Below, piece by piece: positions 26,708-35,638 of a stretch of DNA of 64,000 nt (position 1 is its first letter; each line of letters opens with the position of its first letter). The position numbers and the translations under genes were made by a program. The stretch is taken from positions 32,001 through 96,000 of the forward strand of contig JAQBHB010000047.1 of the NCBI GenBank assembly GCA_032128115.1, read 5' to 3'. The notes below the pieces were generated by a model. It searched no databases. It worked only from the letters and a program-made list of their open reading frames with translations, and was not told the origin of the DNA. The DNA comes from Deltaproteobacteria bacterium (GTDB lineage Bacteria; Myxococcota_A; UBA9160; SMWR01).

Positions 26708-27763
26708 TTGTCCTCCCCCCTCCACACCCCGCTCTGCGATCTGCTCGGCGCCCGCTACCCGATCCTCCAGACCGGGATGGGCTGGGTGGCCACCCCCGAG
26801 CTGGTGGCGGCCGCGTCCAACGCCGGAGCCTTCGGCTTCCTGGCAGCGGCGACGCTGCGTCCGGAAGACGTGGATGCGGAGATCGCAAGGATCCAGGCGC
26901 TCACCGACCGTCCCTTCGGTGTGAACTTCCTGATGGACGCCCCCGGTCCCGACGTGATCATCGACGCCATCATCGCGCGCGGCGTGCGCGCCGCGGGCTA
27001 CAACCGCGCGCCGGACGCCAGGCTCATCGAACGGCTCAAGCGTGCGGGCGTGCTATGCGTGCCCACCTGCGGCGCACCCCGTCACGCCCAGAAGGCCGAG
27101 AAGCTCGGCGCCGACGTGATCATCGTGCAGGGAAGCGAGGGTGGCGGCCACACCGGCTCGATCCCGACCTCGCTGCTGATCTCCCAATGCGTCGACGCGG
27201 TGGGCGTGCCCATCGTGGCAGCCGGCGGCTTCCGCGACGGGCGGGGTCTGGTGGCGGCCCTGGCATTCGGGGCGGCGGGCATCGCCATGGGAACCCGCTT
27301 CCTGCTCACCCGCGAGAGCCCCGTGCCCGAGATCACCAGCGATCGCTACCTGAAGGCTGCCGTCGACGACGTGATCGTGACCCGTCACATCGACGGCCTG
27401 CCCCAGCGTGTGGTGCGCAACGAGCTGGTGCTGCGCCTGGAGAAGAGCGGCCGCATCGCCCAGTTGTGGGGCGCCCTGCGCAGCGGGCTGGCCTATCGAA
27501 AACTCTCCGGGGCCTCGATTCCAGAGCTGCTGCGCTCGGCCTTCGCGCTCCGGAAGCACGAGAAACTCACCCGCTCGCAGATGCTGATGGCCGCCAACGC
27601 GCCGATCCTGGCCCGCAAGGCCATGCGGGAGGGAGACCCGGTGGAGGGATACCTTCCCAGCGGGTCCGTGGCGGGCGTGATCGACGACCGGCCCGCCTGC
27701 GCCGAGCTGATTGCGCGCATCGTCGAAGAGGCCGAGCACACTCTCAAGACCCTGGGCCGCTGA
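26708..27763 (+). CDS. ipdC: IpdC-like flavin oxidoreductase (nitronate monooxygenase family)
   Basis: QTGMGWVA, QGSEGGGHTG, AAGGFRDGRGL, MGTRFLLT; position in the ipd operon. Confidence 0.85.
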   Translation: MSSPLHTPLCDLLGARYPILQTGMGWVATPELVAAASNAGAFGFLAAATLRPEDVDAEIARIQALTDRPFGVNFLMDAPGPDVIIDAIIARGVRAAGYNRAPDARLIERLKRAGVLCVPTCGAPRHAQKAEKLGADVIIVQGSEGGGHTGSIPTSLLISQCVDAVGVPIVAAGGFRDGRGLVAALAFGAAGIAMGTRFLLTRESPVPEITSDRYLKAAVDDVIVTRHIDGLPQRVVRNELVLRLEKSGRIAQLWGALRSGLAYRKLSGASIPELLRSAFALRKHEKLTRSQMLMAANAPILARKAMREGDPVEGYLPSGSVAGVIDDRPACAELIARIVEEAEHTLKTLGR

Positions 27764-27781
27764 GCCCCGAGGAAGGAAACC

Positions 27782-28543
27782 ATGTCCGTGGATGTGAGCG
27801 TCGAGAAGGGAATCGCCGAGGTTGTCCTGAACCATCCGCCGGTGAACGCCCTCGACAGCGCCGGCTGGGCGCACCTGGCGGAGGTCTTCACGTCCCTCGG
27901 TCGAGACGATGCGGTGCGCGTGATCGTGGTGGCCGCCGAGGGCCGGGGCTTCTGCGCCGGGGTCGACATCAAGGAACTCGCCGCCGATAGCTCCATCATC
28001 ACCCGGGTGAACAAGGGCTGTTACGACACCTTCGCCGCCATCCACGACTGTCCGGTGCCCGTGATCGCAGCGGCCCACGGCTTCGTGCTGGGAGGCGGCA
28101 TCGGAATCGTGGGCTCCTCCGACGTGATCTACGCGTCCGACGACGCCAGCTTCGGTCTGCCGGAAATCGACCGCGGAGCGCTCGGTGCGGCGTCGCACCT
28201 GCTGCGCATGTTCCCCATCCAGAAGGTGCGCCGCATGCTCTACTCGGGAGAGCCCATCACGGCTGCCGAGGCCTACCGGCTGGGCGCCGTGGAGGCGGTG
28301 GTGTCGCGCGACGCGCTACGGGGCGAGGCCCGGGCGCTGGCCGCAAAGATCGCCGAGAAGAGCCCCAGGGCGATGAGGCTCGCCAAGGAGTCGCTCAACG
28401 GCATCGAGCTGCTGGACGTGAAGAAGAGCTACCGCTATGAGCAGGGTTTCACTCTCGAGCTCTACACCTCGCCCGATTCGCAGGAGGCCCGCGACGCCTT
28501 CGTCGAGAAGCGGGATGCGTCATTCCATGGCAAGAAGAAGTGA
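27782..28543 (+). CDS. echA20: EchA20-like enoyl-CoA hydratase (ring D opening)
   Basis: PPVNAL, AGVDIKE, FGLPEIDRGALGAASHL, SYRYEQGFTLEL. Confidence 0.88.
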   Translation: MSVDVSVEKGIAEVVLNHPPVNALDSAGWAHLAEVFTSLGRDDAVRVIVVAAEGRGFCAGVDIKELAADSSIITRVNKGCYDTFAAIHDCPVPVIAAAHGFVLGGGIGIVGSSDVIYASDDASFGLPEIDRGALGAASHLLRMFPIQKVRRMLYSGEPITAAEAYRLGAVEAVVSRDALRGEARALAAKIAEKSPRAMRLAKESLNGIELLDVKKSYRYEQGFTLELYTSPDSQEARDAFVEKRDASFHGKKK

Positions 28544-28556
28544 GGGGCCAGGGCTG

Positions 28557-29717
28557 ATGGATCTGTCGTACACCCCGGAGCAGCAGGCCTTCCGCGCCGA
28601 GGCGCGGACCTGGCTCGAGGCCCATGTGCCGAGCGAGCCGCTGCCCTCGTTCGACACGCGCGAGGGCTTCGAGGCCCACCGGCGCTGGGAGCGGGATCTG
28701 CATGCCGGCGGTTGGGCCATGGTGCCGTGGCCCGTCGAGTACGGCGGTCGCGGCGCGAACCTGCTCGAGTGGCTGATCTTCGAAGAGGAGTACTACCGGG
28801 CGGACGCGCCTGGACGCGTGAACCAGAACGGCATCTTCCTGCTGGGCCCCACCATCATGGAGTATGGGACGCACGAGCAGAAGGCGCGCTATCTGGCGAA
28901 GATCGCCTCCAGCGAGGAGGTCTGGGCCCAGGGCTGGTCCGAGCCCAACGCCGGCAGCGACATGGCGGCGATCCAGAGCACCGCCATCCGCGACGGCGAC
29001 CACTACGTGATCAAGGGTCAGAAGACCTGGGCCTCGCGCGGGGCCTACGCCGATTGGCTGTTCGGCATGTTCCGCACCGACCCGGACACGGAGCGACACC
29101 GGGGGCTCTCCTTCATCCTGGTTCCCCTGGACGCCGAGGGCGTGACCGTTCGTCCCATCGAACAACTCGACGGCGAGGCGGGCTTCGCCGAGGTGTTCCT
29201 GGATGACGCTCGCGTGCCCGTGGCCAACCGTCTGGGCGCGGAGAACGAGGGTTGGAAGATCGCCATGGCCACGGCGGGCTTCGAGCGGGGCCTGATGCTC
29301 CGAAGCCCGGCGCGCTTCCAGAGCACCGCTGCAAAACTGGTGGAGCTCTACCGCAAGCACGCGGACGCCTGTGAGCCGCGCATCCGCGAGGATGTGGTGC
29401 GGTGCTGGGCGGATGCCGAGGCCTACACGCTGGAGACCTACCGCACGGTGTCGCGCATGCTCTCCGGCGGCAAGATCGGCTTCGAGGCCAGCCTGAACAA
29501 GATCTTCTGGTCGGAGCTCGACGTGAAGATGCACGAAACGGCTCTCGAGATCCTGGGCGATCGCGCCGAGTTGTTGCCCCGGGCGCCGGCGGCAGGCGAC
29601 GTGGGCGAATGGCTCGACGGCTACCTCTTCTCGCTCTCGGGCCCCATCTACGCGGGCACCAACGAGATCCAGCGCAACGTGATTGCCGAGCGCATTCTCG
29701 GCCTGCCCCGGAGTTGA
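28557..29717 (+). CDS. fadE31: Acyl-CoA dehydrogenase, FadE31-like (catalytic alpha subunit)
   Basis: RVNQNGIFLLGPT, WAQGWSEPNAGSD, ERGLMLRSPARF, GPIYAGTNEIQRN. Confidence 0.85.
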   Translation: MDLSYTPEQQAFRAEARTWLEAHVPSEPLPSFDTREGFEAHRRWERDLHAGGWAMVPWPVEYGGRGANLLEWLIFEEEYYRADAPGRVNQNGIFLLGPTIMEYGTHEQKARYLAKIASSEEVWAQGWSEPNAGSDMAAIQSTAIRDGDHYVIKGQKTWASRGAYADWLFGMFRTDPDTERHRGLSFILVPLDAEGVTVRPIEQLDGEAGFAEVFLDDARVPVANRLGAENEGWKIAMATAGFERGLMLRSPARFQSTAAKLVELYRKHADACEPRIREDVVRCWADAEAYTLETYRTVSRMLSGGKIGFEASLNKIFWSELDVKMHETALEILGDRAELLPRAPAAGDVGEWLDGYLFSLSGPIYAGTNEIQRNVIAERILGLPRS

Positions 29718-29719
29718 CG

Positions 29720-30781
29720 GTGGAGTTCGGATTCAGCGAAGACCAGCTGCTGTTCCAGAAGTCGTTCCGCGACTTCCTGGAGGGCGAGTGTGCGCCCGAT
29801 CGCGTTCGCGCCCTGTGGCAGACGCAGACCGGGCGCTCGCCCGAGCTGTGGAAGGGGCTGGCCGAGCTGGGTGTGACCGGCCTGCTGGTGCCCGAGGCCC
29901 ACGAGGGTCTGGGGCTCACCGAGATCGATTCGGTGCTCCTGATGGAAGAGGTGGGGCGAGCGGGACTGGCGGAGCCCCTGGTGTCGACGGCCGCCGTGGC
30001 GGTTCCCCTGTTGGTGGAGATTGCCAAGGCCGACCTCTGCGACGCCTGGCTCAAAAAAGTAGCGGTCGGCGAGGCGGTGATCGCCGTGGGCCACCCGCTG
30101 AGCCCCTTCGTGTCGGACGCCCACGTGGCCAACCTGTTGTTGCTGGAATCGGGAGGGGAGGTTCACGCCGTGGGCCGGGACGCGGTGCAGATCGAAGCCC
30201 AACCCGCCAATGATCCGGCTCGCCGCATAGCTCGTGTCCAGTGGACCCCGTCGTCGGAAACGTGCGTGGCCGAGGGCGACGTGGCGGAGAGACTTCTCGA
30301 TGCCGCTCTCGATCGCGGTGCACTCGCCTGTGCTGCCCAGGCTCTGGGTGTCGCCGAGAAGCTCATCGAGATGGCGGCCGACTATGCGCGTCAGCGCAAG
30401 CAGTTCGGGGTGGCCATTGGCTCGTTTCAGGCAGTGAAGCACATGCTGGCGAACTGCAAGGTGAAGCTCGAGTACGCCCGCCCCGTCGTGCACCGGGCCG
30501 CCCATTCGGTGGCCCGGGGCAGCCGCGATCGCGCCCTCCACGTTTCCATGGCGAAGCTCGCCGCCAGCGAGGCCGCGTCCATTGCCGCCAGGGTGAGTCT
30601 CCAGGTGCACGGCGCGATCGGCTACACCTGGGAGCAGGACCTACACATCTGGATGCGACGCGCCTGGTCGCTGGGCATGACCTGGGGCCGCGGCGCCTTC
30701 CACCGCAAGCGCGTCGCCGACGCGATTTTCGCAGCCGACGCTCCCGTCGGCCCCGGCCGAACCTTCCCAGGAGGAGAGTGA
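29720..30781 (+). CDS. fadE32: Acyl-CoA dehydrogenase, FadE32-like (beta subunit)
   Basis: RKQFGVAIGSFQAVKH, LQVHGAIGYTWEQDLH; lacks the C-terminal GTNE motif; follows fadE31. Confidence 0.75.
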   Translation: MEFGFSEDQLLFQKSFRDFLEGECAPDRVRALWQTQTGRSPELWKGLAELGVTGLLVPEAHEGLGLTEIDSVLLMEEVGRAGLAEPLVSTAAVAVPLLVEIAKADLCDAWLKKVAVGEAVIAVGHPLSPFVSDAHVANLLLLESGGEVHAVGRDAVQIEAQPANDPARRIARVQWTPSSETCVAEGDVAERLLDAALDRGALACAAQALGVAEKLIEMAADYARQRKQFGVAIGSFQAVKHMLANCKVKLEYARPVVHRAAHSVARGSRDRALHVSMAKLAASEAASIAARVSLQVHGAIGYTWEQDLHIWMRRAWSLGMTWGRGAFHRKRVADAIFAADAPVGPGRTFPGGE

Positions 30782-30782
30782 G

Positions 30783-31934
30783 ATGGCAGAGGCATACATC
30801 ATCGACGCAGTCCGGACGCCCGTGGGCAAGCGGGGAGGCGGCCTCTCGCAGGTCCACTCCGCCGATCTCGGTGCCCACGTCATCAACGCGCTGGTCGACC
30901 GCACCGGCATCGATCCGGGCGCCGTGGACGACGTGATCTTCGGATGCTGCGACACCCTGGGACCCCAGGCGGGTGACATCGCGCGCACCTGCTGGCTGGC
31001 GGCAGGCCTGCCCGATCACGTGCCCGGCGTCACCATCGACCGCCAGTGCGGATCGTCCCAGCAGTCGGTGCATTTCGCGGCCCAGGCCGTGATGAGTGGC
31101 ACCAGCGATCTGATCATGGCGGGCGGCGTGCAGAACATGAGCCAGATTCCGATCTCGTCGGCCATGACCCTGGCCGAGCCGCTGGGCTTCACCGATCCGT
31201 TCAGCGGCTCGAAGGGCTGGGTTGCGCGCTACGGGACCCAGGAGGTGTCGCAGTTCCGCGGTGCCGAGATGATCGCGGAGAAGTGGGACATCTCGCGGGA
31301 GGACATGGAGCGCTTCGCGCTTTCGAGCCACGAGCGGGCGATTCGCGCCATGGATGAGGGTCGCTTCGACAACGAGATCGTTCCCTTCGGCGATGTCGTC
31401 GCCGACGAGGGCCCCCGGCGCGGAACCTCGCTCGAAAAGATGGCGAACCTGAAGGTGCTGATCGAAGGCGGACGTCTCACCGCCGCCGTGGCCAGCCAGA
31501 TCTCGGACGGAGCGTCGTGCCTGCTGGTGGCCTCGGAGCGGGCGGTGGCGCAGCATGGCCTGAAGCCCCGGGCCCGGGTGCACCACATCAGCGTGCGCGG
31601 CGACGATCCCATCTTCATGCTGACGGCTCCGATCCCCGCCACGGCCCACGCGCTGGAGAAGACGGGCATGACGATGGACCAGTTCGACGCCATCGAGATC
31701 AACGAGGCCTTCGCTTGCGTGGTGCTGGCCTGGCAGAAGGAGGCCCACACCGACATGTCGAAGGTGAACCCCAACGGCGGCGCCATTGCCCTGGGCCATC
31801 CCATCGGCGCCACGGGCACACGCTTGATGACGACTTTGCTGAACGAGCTCGAGCGCACGGGCGGCCGCTTCGGCCTCCAGACCATGTGCGAGCGCGGCGG
31901 CCAGGCGAACGTCACGATCCTCGAACGGCTCTAG
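30783..31934 (+). CDS. fadA6: Acetyl-CoA C-acyltransferase, FadA6-like thiolase
   Basis: MAEAYIIDAVRTPVGKR, DRQCGSSQQ, EINEAFA, GHPIGATG, QTMCERGG. Confidence 0.88.
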   Translation: MAEAYIIDAVRTPVGKRGGGLSQVHSADLGAHVINALVDRTGIDPGAVDDVIFGCCDTLGPQAGDIARTCWLAAGLPDHVPGVTIDRQCGSSQQSVHFAAQAVMSGTSDLIMAGGVQNMSQIPISSAMTLAEPLGFTDPFSGSKGWVARYGTQEVSQFRGAEMIAEKWDISREDMERFALSSHERAIRAMDEGRFDNEIVPFGDVVADEGPRRGTSLEKMANLKVLIEGGRLTAAVASQISDGASCLLVASERAVAQHGLKPRARVHHISVRGDDPIFMLTAPIPATAHALEKTGMTMDQFDAIEINEAFACVVLAWQKEAHTDMSKVNPNGGAIALGHPIGATGTRLMTTLLNELERTGGRFGLQTMCERGGQANVTILERL

Positions 31935-31969
31935 CGGGAAGCTCCAGCGGCTCTAGCGGGAAGCTCTAG
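31926..31969. repeat. 22-bp tandem duplication (21/22 identical) spanning the fadA6 stop codon
   Basis: CGGCTCTAGCGGGAAGCTCCAG / CGGCTCTAGCGGGAAGCTCTAG. Confidence 0.85.
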
Positions 31970-31988
31970 CAGCAGGGAAGTAGAAAGC

Positions 31989-32894
31989 ATGGCGGGAATC
32001 TGCGAAGGACGGGTGGTGATCGTGACCGGGGCCGGCCGCGGCATCGGCCGCGCCCACGCGCTGGCGTTTGCGGCCGAGGGCGCCCGGGTGGTGGTGAACG
32101 ACCTGGGGGTCGCCCTGGACGGCCAGGACGGCGCGGGCAGCCCCGCCGACCAGGTGGTGGACGAGATCCGCGCCGCCGGCGGCGAGGCGGTCCCCAACGG
32201 AGCGGACGTGGCGGACTTCGAACAGACGGGCGCGTTGCTGAAGATGGCCATCGATCACTTCGGCCGCCTCGACGTGGTGGTCAACAACGCGGGATTCGTG
32301 CGCGATCGCATGTTCGTGAGCGCCACCGAAGACGAATGGGACGCGGTGGTGCGCGTGCACCTGAAAGGCCACTTCTGCCTGGCGCGCCATGCCTGTGCCT
32401 ACTGGCGCGAGCAGTCGAAGGCGGGCGCCGCCGTCGATGCGCGCATCATCAACACCAGCTCCGGAGCCGGTCTCCAGGGCAGCATCGGCCAGAGCGCCTA
32501 CTCGGTTGCGAAGGCGGGAATTGCCACCCTCACGCTGATCCAGGCCGCCGAGCTCGGCCGCTACGGCGTCACGGCGAACGCCATCGCCCCCTCGGCGCGC
32601 ACACGCATGACCGAGGGTGTCTTTGCCGACATGATGAACAAACCCGAGAGCGGCTTCGACGCCATGGCGCCCGAGAACGTCTCGCCGCTCGTGGTCTGGC
32701 TGGGCAGCCCCGAGTCGAAGGACGTCACCGGGCAGGTCTTCGAGGTGGCCGGCGGCGCGATCAGCGTGGCCGACGGCTGGCGCGAGGGCCCGAAGCTCGA
32801 CAAGGGCGGGCGCTGGCAGCCCGACGAGCTGGGTGCCGCGGTGGCCGATCTGCTGAAGAAGGCCGTGCCGGCCCAGAAGGTCTACGGGGCCTGA
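31989..32894 (+). CDS. SDR oxidoreductase, Rv3548c/ScdE-like
   Basis: GRVVIVTGAGRGIGRAHALAFAAEGARVVVND, YSVAK, FDAMAPENVSPLVVWLGS. Confidence 0.88.
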   Translation: MAGICEGRVVIVTGAGRGIGRAHALAFAAEGARVVVNDLGVALDGQDGAGSPADQVVDEIRAAGGEAVPNGADVADFEQTGALLKMAIDHFGRLDVVVNNAGFVRDRMFVSATEDEWDAVVRVHLKGHFCLARHACAYWREQSKAGAAVDARIINTSSGAGLQGSIGQSAYSVAKAGIATLTLIQAAELGRYGVTANAIAPSARTRMTEGVFADMMNKPESGFDAMAPENVSPLVVWLGSPESKDVTGQVFEVAGGAISVADGWREGPKLDKGGRWQPDELGAAVADLLKKAVPAQKVYGA

Positions 32895-32897
32895 TCC

Positions 32898-34037
32898 GTG
32901 CACTTCGCCTTCACCCAGGAGCAGGACGAACTCCGCGAGGCCGCGCGCGGCTTCCTCGCCGATCACTCCTCCTGCGAACAGGTGCGGCTCGCCATGGAGA
33001 GCGAGCTGGGCTGGGACCGGGAGGTGTGGAAACGCATCGCCAGCGAGCTGGGCTGGCCCGCCGTGGCGATTCCGGAGCAGCACGGAGGACTGGGCCTGGG
33101 ACAGGTGGAGCTGGTCGCCCTGCTCGAGGTGATGGGAGAGTCGCTCCTGTGTGCGCCGTTCTTCTCGAGCGTATGCCTGGCGGCCAACGCGCTGCGGCTG
33201 GCCGGAAGTGAGGCGCAGAAGAACGAGCACCTGTCCGCGATTGCCGAGGGGCGCAGCCTGGCAACGCTGGCGTGGGTCGAGCCCGCGGGCGACTGGGGCG
33301 CCAAGGGCATCGAGGCGCTGGCGCGACGCGAGGGCGAGGGCTTCACGCTTTCGGGTACCAAGCGCTACGTGCTGGATGGTCAGTGTGCCGATCTGCTGAT
33401 CGTGGCGGCGCGGCGCGAGGGCAGCGCTGGAGAACAGGGCGTGAGCCTGTTCGCCCTGCCGGCCGACAACCCGGGCGTCGTCCGCACACCGCTTCCCACC
33501 ATGGACCAGACGAGGCGCCAGGCCGAGATCGTTCTCGACCACGTGCGCGTGCCCGCTTCCGCGTTGCTCGGAGAAGAGGGCGGCGGCTGGCCCGCCCTGC
33601 GCAAGACCCTGGATCTCGCCGCCGTGGCGCTGGCCGCCGAGCAGGTGGGCGGCGCCCAGCGCTGCCTGGACCTATCGGTCGCGTACGCCTGCGAGCGCGA
33701 GCAGTTCGGTCGCCCCATCGGATCGTTCCAGGCCATCAAGCACAAGTGCGCCGACATGATGGTGGCGGTGGAGTCGGCGCGGTCTGCCGCTTACTACGCG
33801 GCGTGCGTGGCCGAGGAGGATGGCGAGAATCTCACGCTGGTGGCGTCGCTCGCCCAGGCTGCCTGCTCCGATGCCTTCTTCCGCTGCGCGGCCGACAGCA
33901 TCCAGATCCATGGCGGCGTGGGATTCACCTGGGAGCACGACGTGCACCTCTACTTCAAACGCGCTCGCGCGAGCGAAGTCTTCCTGGGCGACGCCAGCTA
34001 CCACCGCGAGCGCATAGCCAGCGGGATCGGCCTCTAG
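32898..34037 (+). CDS. Acyl-CoA dehydrogenase, beta-type subunit (FadE33/IpdE2-like or related)
   Basis: REQFGRPIGSFQAIKH, QIHGGVGFTWEHDVHLYFKRA; no GTNE motif. Confidence 0.85.
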   Translation: MHFAFTQEQDELREAARGFLADHSSCEQVRLAMESELGWDREVWKRIASELGWPAVAIPEQHGGLGLGQVELVALLEVMGESLLCAPFFSSVCLAANALRLAGSEAQKNEHLSAIAEGRSLATLAWVEPAGDWGAKGIEALARREGEGFTLSGTKRYVLDGQCADLLIVAARREGSAGEQGVSLFALPADNPGVVRTPLPTMDQTRRQAEIVLDHVRVPASALLGEEGGGWPALRKTLDLAAVALAAEQVGGAQRCLDLSVAYACEREQFGRPIGSFQAIKHKCADMMVAVESARSAAYYAACVAEEDGENLTLVASLAQAACSDAFFRCAADSIQIHGGVGFTWEHDVHLYFKRARASEVFLGDASYHRERIASGIGL

Positions 34038-34039
34038 CC

Positions 34040-34819
34040 GTGGGGAACGCGCTCGACTTCTCGGGCCACGTGGTGATCGTGACCGGCGGCGGCCGCGGCG
34101 TGGGGCGCGGCATCGCGGAGTGTTTCCTGGGCGCCGGCGCCGAGGTGGTGATCTGCGGACGCAACCAGCCCGAGAACCTGCCCGAGGCGAGCGGCCGCCA
34201 CGCGCACTTCGTGCCCGCAGACATCCGCGAGCTGGAAGCGATTGACGCCGTGGTGTCGTTCGCGAGCGAGCGCTTCGGGCGGCTGGACGTGCTGGTGAAC
34301 AATGCCGGGGGCGCCCCCCCAGCGGACGCAGCCACGGTCTCGCCGCGCTTTTCCGAATCCATCCTGCGCCTGAACCTGATCGCTCCCATGCACTTCGCGC
34401 AGAAGGCGAACGCCGTCATGCAGCAGCAGGAGCAGGGCGGGTCGATCCTCAACATCGCCAGCGTTTCCGCCATCCGCCCCTCTCCGGGCGCCGCCGCGTA
34501 CGGCGCGGCCAAGGCGGGCCTCCTGAGCCTGACCCAGACCCTGGCCGTGGAGTGGGCGCCGCGGGTGCGGGTGAATGCAATCACGGCGGGCATGATCCGC
34601 ACCGAGCAATCTCACCTGCACTACGGCGACGAAGCCGGCATCCGGGCCGTGTGCAAGACCGTTCCCCTGGGTCGCATGGCCGAGCCCCGCGACGTGGGCG
34701 ACGCCTGCCTGTTCCTGGCCTCGCCCATGGCGAGCTACGTGAGCGGCGCCAGCCTGCTCCTGCACGGAGGCGGCGAGAAGCCCGCCTATCTGGGGGCCGC
34801 CAGGAACACCGGGTCGTAG
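34040..34819 (+). CDS. SDR oxidoreductase, Rv3549c-like
   Basis: TGGGRGVG, NNAGGAP, RPSPGAAAYGAAKAG, HGGGEKP; GTG 34040. Confidence 0.88.
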   Translation: MGNALDFSGHVVIVTGGGRGVGRGIAECFLGAGAEVVICGRNQPENLPEASGRHAHFVPADIRELEAIDAVVSFASERFGRLDVLVNNAGGAPPADAATVSPRFSESILRLNLIAPMHFAQKANAVMQQQEQGGSILNIASVSAIRPSPGAAAYGAAKAGLLSLTQTLAVEWAPRVRVNAITAGMIRTEQSHLHYGDEAGIRAVCKTVPLGRMAEPRDVGDACLFLASPMASYVSGASLLLHGGGEKPAYLGAARNTGS

Positions 34820-34863
34820 TCCGTGGCGGGGGCCGCCAGGCACACCGGGTCGTAGTTCGTGGC
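34792..34863. repeat. 36-bp tandem duplication (34/36 identical) spanning the SDR stop codon
   Basis: GGGGGCCGCCAGG(A/C)ACACCGGGTCGTAGT(C/T)CGTGGC x2. Confidence 0.9.
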
Positions 34864-34923
34864 CGGGAAGCCCGGGTCCATGGCCGGGTTCACGCAGAGG
34901 GCCGGCCTGCCGATTGAAATCTC

Positions 34924-35490
34924 GTGGCGGAGCCCGCGAAAGTCGATTCCCTGCCCCACGGGGTCCAGCGCGAGCCGGTCTGGCTGCCCACGGCCGGCCG
35001 CGTGGCGCTCGACCGACCCGGACTCGATCCGGGCGATTCCTGCAATACCTGGCCCTACATCGACCGGCGCCGGGTCCCCGATCGGCGGCGCCATCCGACG
35101 CGCTGGTGGGATTCCTTCCTGGGGCGGCAGCGCCGGGTGCGCGGTCGGCGCAAGGGCGAGATCCGCAACGTGTACGTGGACGTCTACTACCACGCCGACG
35201 TGGCGCTGGTGGTGGTGATCTTCCTGCTCAACCTGGCCGACGCGGCGCTCACCCTCGACTACCTGGGGCGGGGGGGAGGCGAGGGCAACCCGGTCATGGC
35301 CCGGTTCCTGGCCCTCGGCCCCCACGCCTTCGTGCTCGAGAAATGCATCGCCGTGGGCCTGTGTCTGCTGGCCCTGGCCATCCACAGGACTTTCCTGCTG
35401 GCCCGCGTGGGCATCTACGGCCTTCTCCTGGCGTACGGCGCCCTCACTGCCTACCACGCCTTCCTCCAGATCCAGATCCGGTTCGCCTAG
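34924..35490 (+). CDS. DUF5658-like membrane protein
   Basis: DRRRVPDRR...YVD, then LNLADAALTL...EGNPVM...K and three hydrophobic helices; start uncertain. Confidence 0.7.
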   Translation: MAEPAKVDSLPHGVQREPVWLPTAGRVALDRPGLDPGDSCNTWPYIDRRRVPDRRRHPTRWWDSFLGRQRRVRGRRKGEIRNVYVDVYYHADVALVVVIFLLNLADAALTLDYLGRGGGEGNPVMARFLALGPHAFVLEKCIAVGLCLLALAIHRTFLLARVGIYGLLLAYGALTAYHAFLQIQIRFA

Positions 35491-35638
35491 TTCCCGGGGC
35501 TCCTGCACGCCCGGCTCGCGGCGTCTGCGGTCGTTCTTCCGTGCGCCCACTCACACAGACGTCGCGCTCCGTTCCCGATATGAACTCCGACGCGGCCTTC
35601 TGGCGGGGTGGGCTCACGAAGTACGAGGAGAGCCGGCC

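Noticed and set aside
31989..34819. Calling either operon SDR ipdF
   Set aside because: Their N-termini and motifs match recalled Rv3548c and Rv3549c better than Rv3559c
34792..34863. 36-bp repeat as a CRISPR array
   Set aside because: Only two abutting copies, no spacer, no cas genes; it duplicates a gene end
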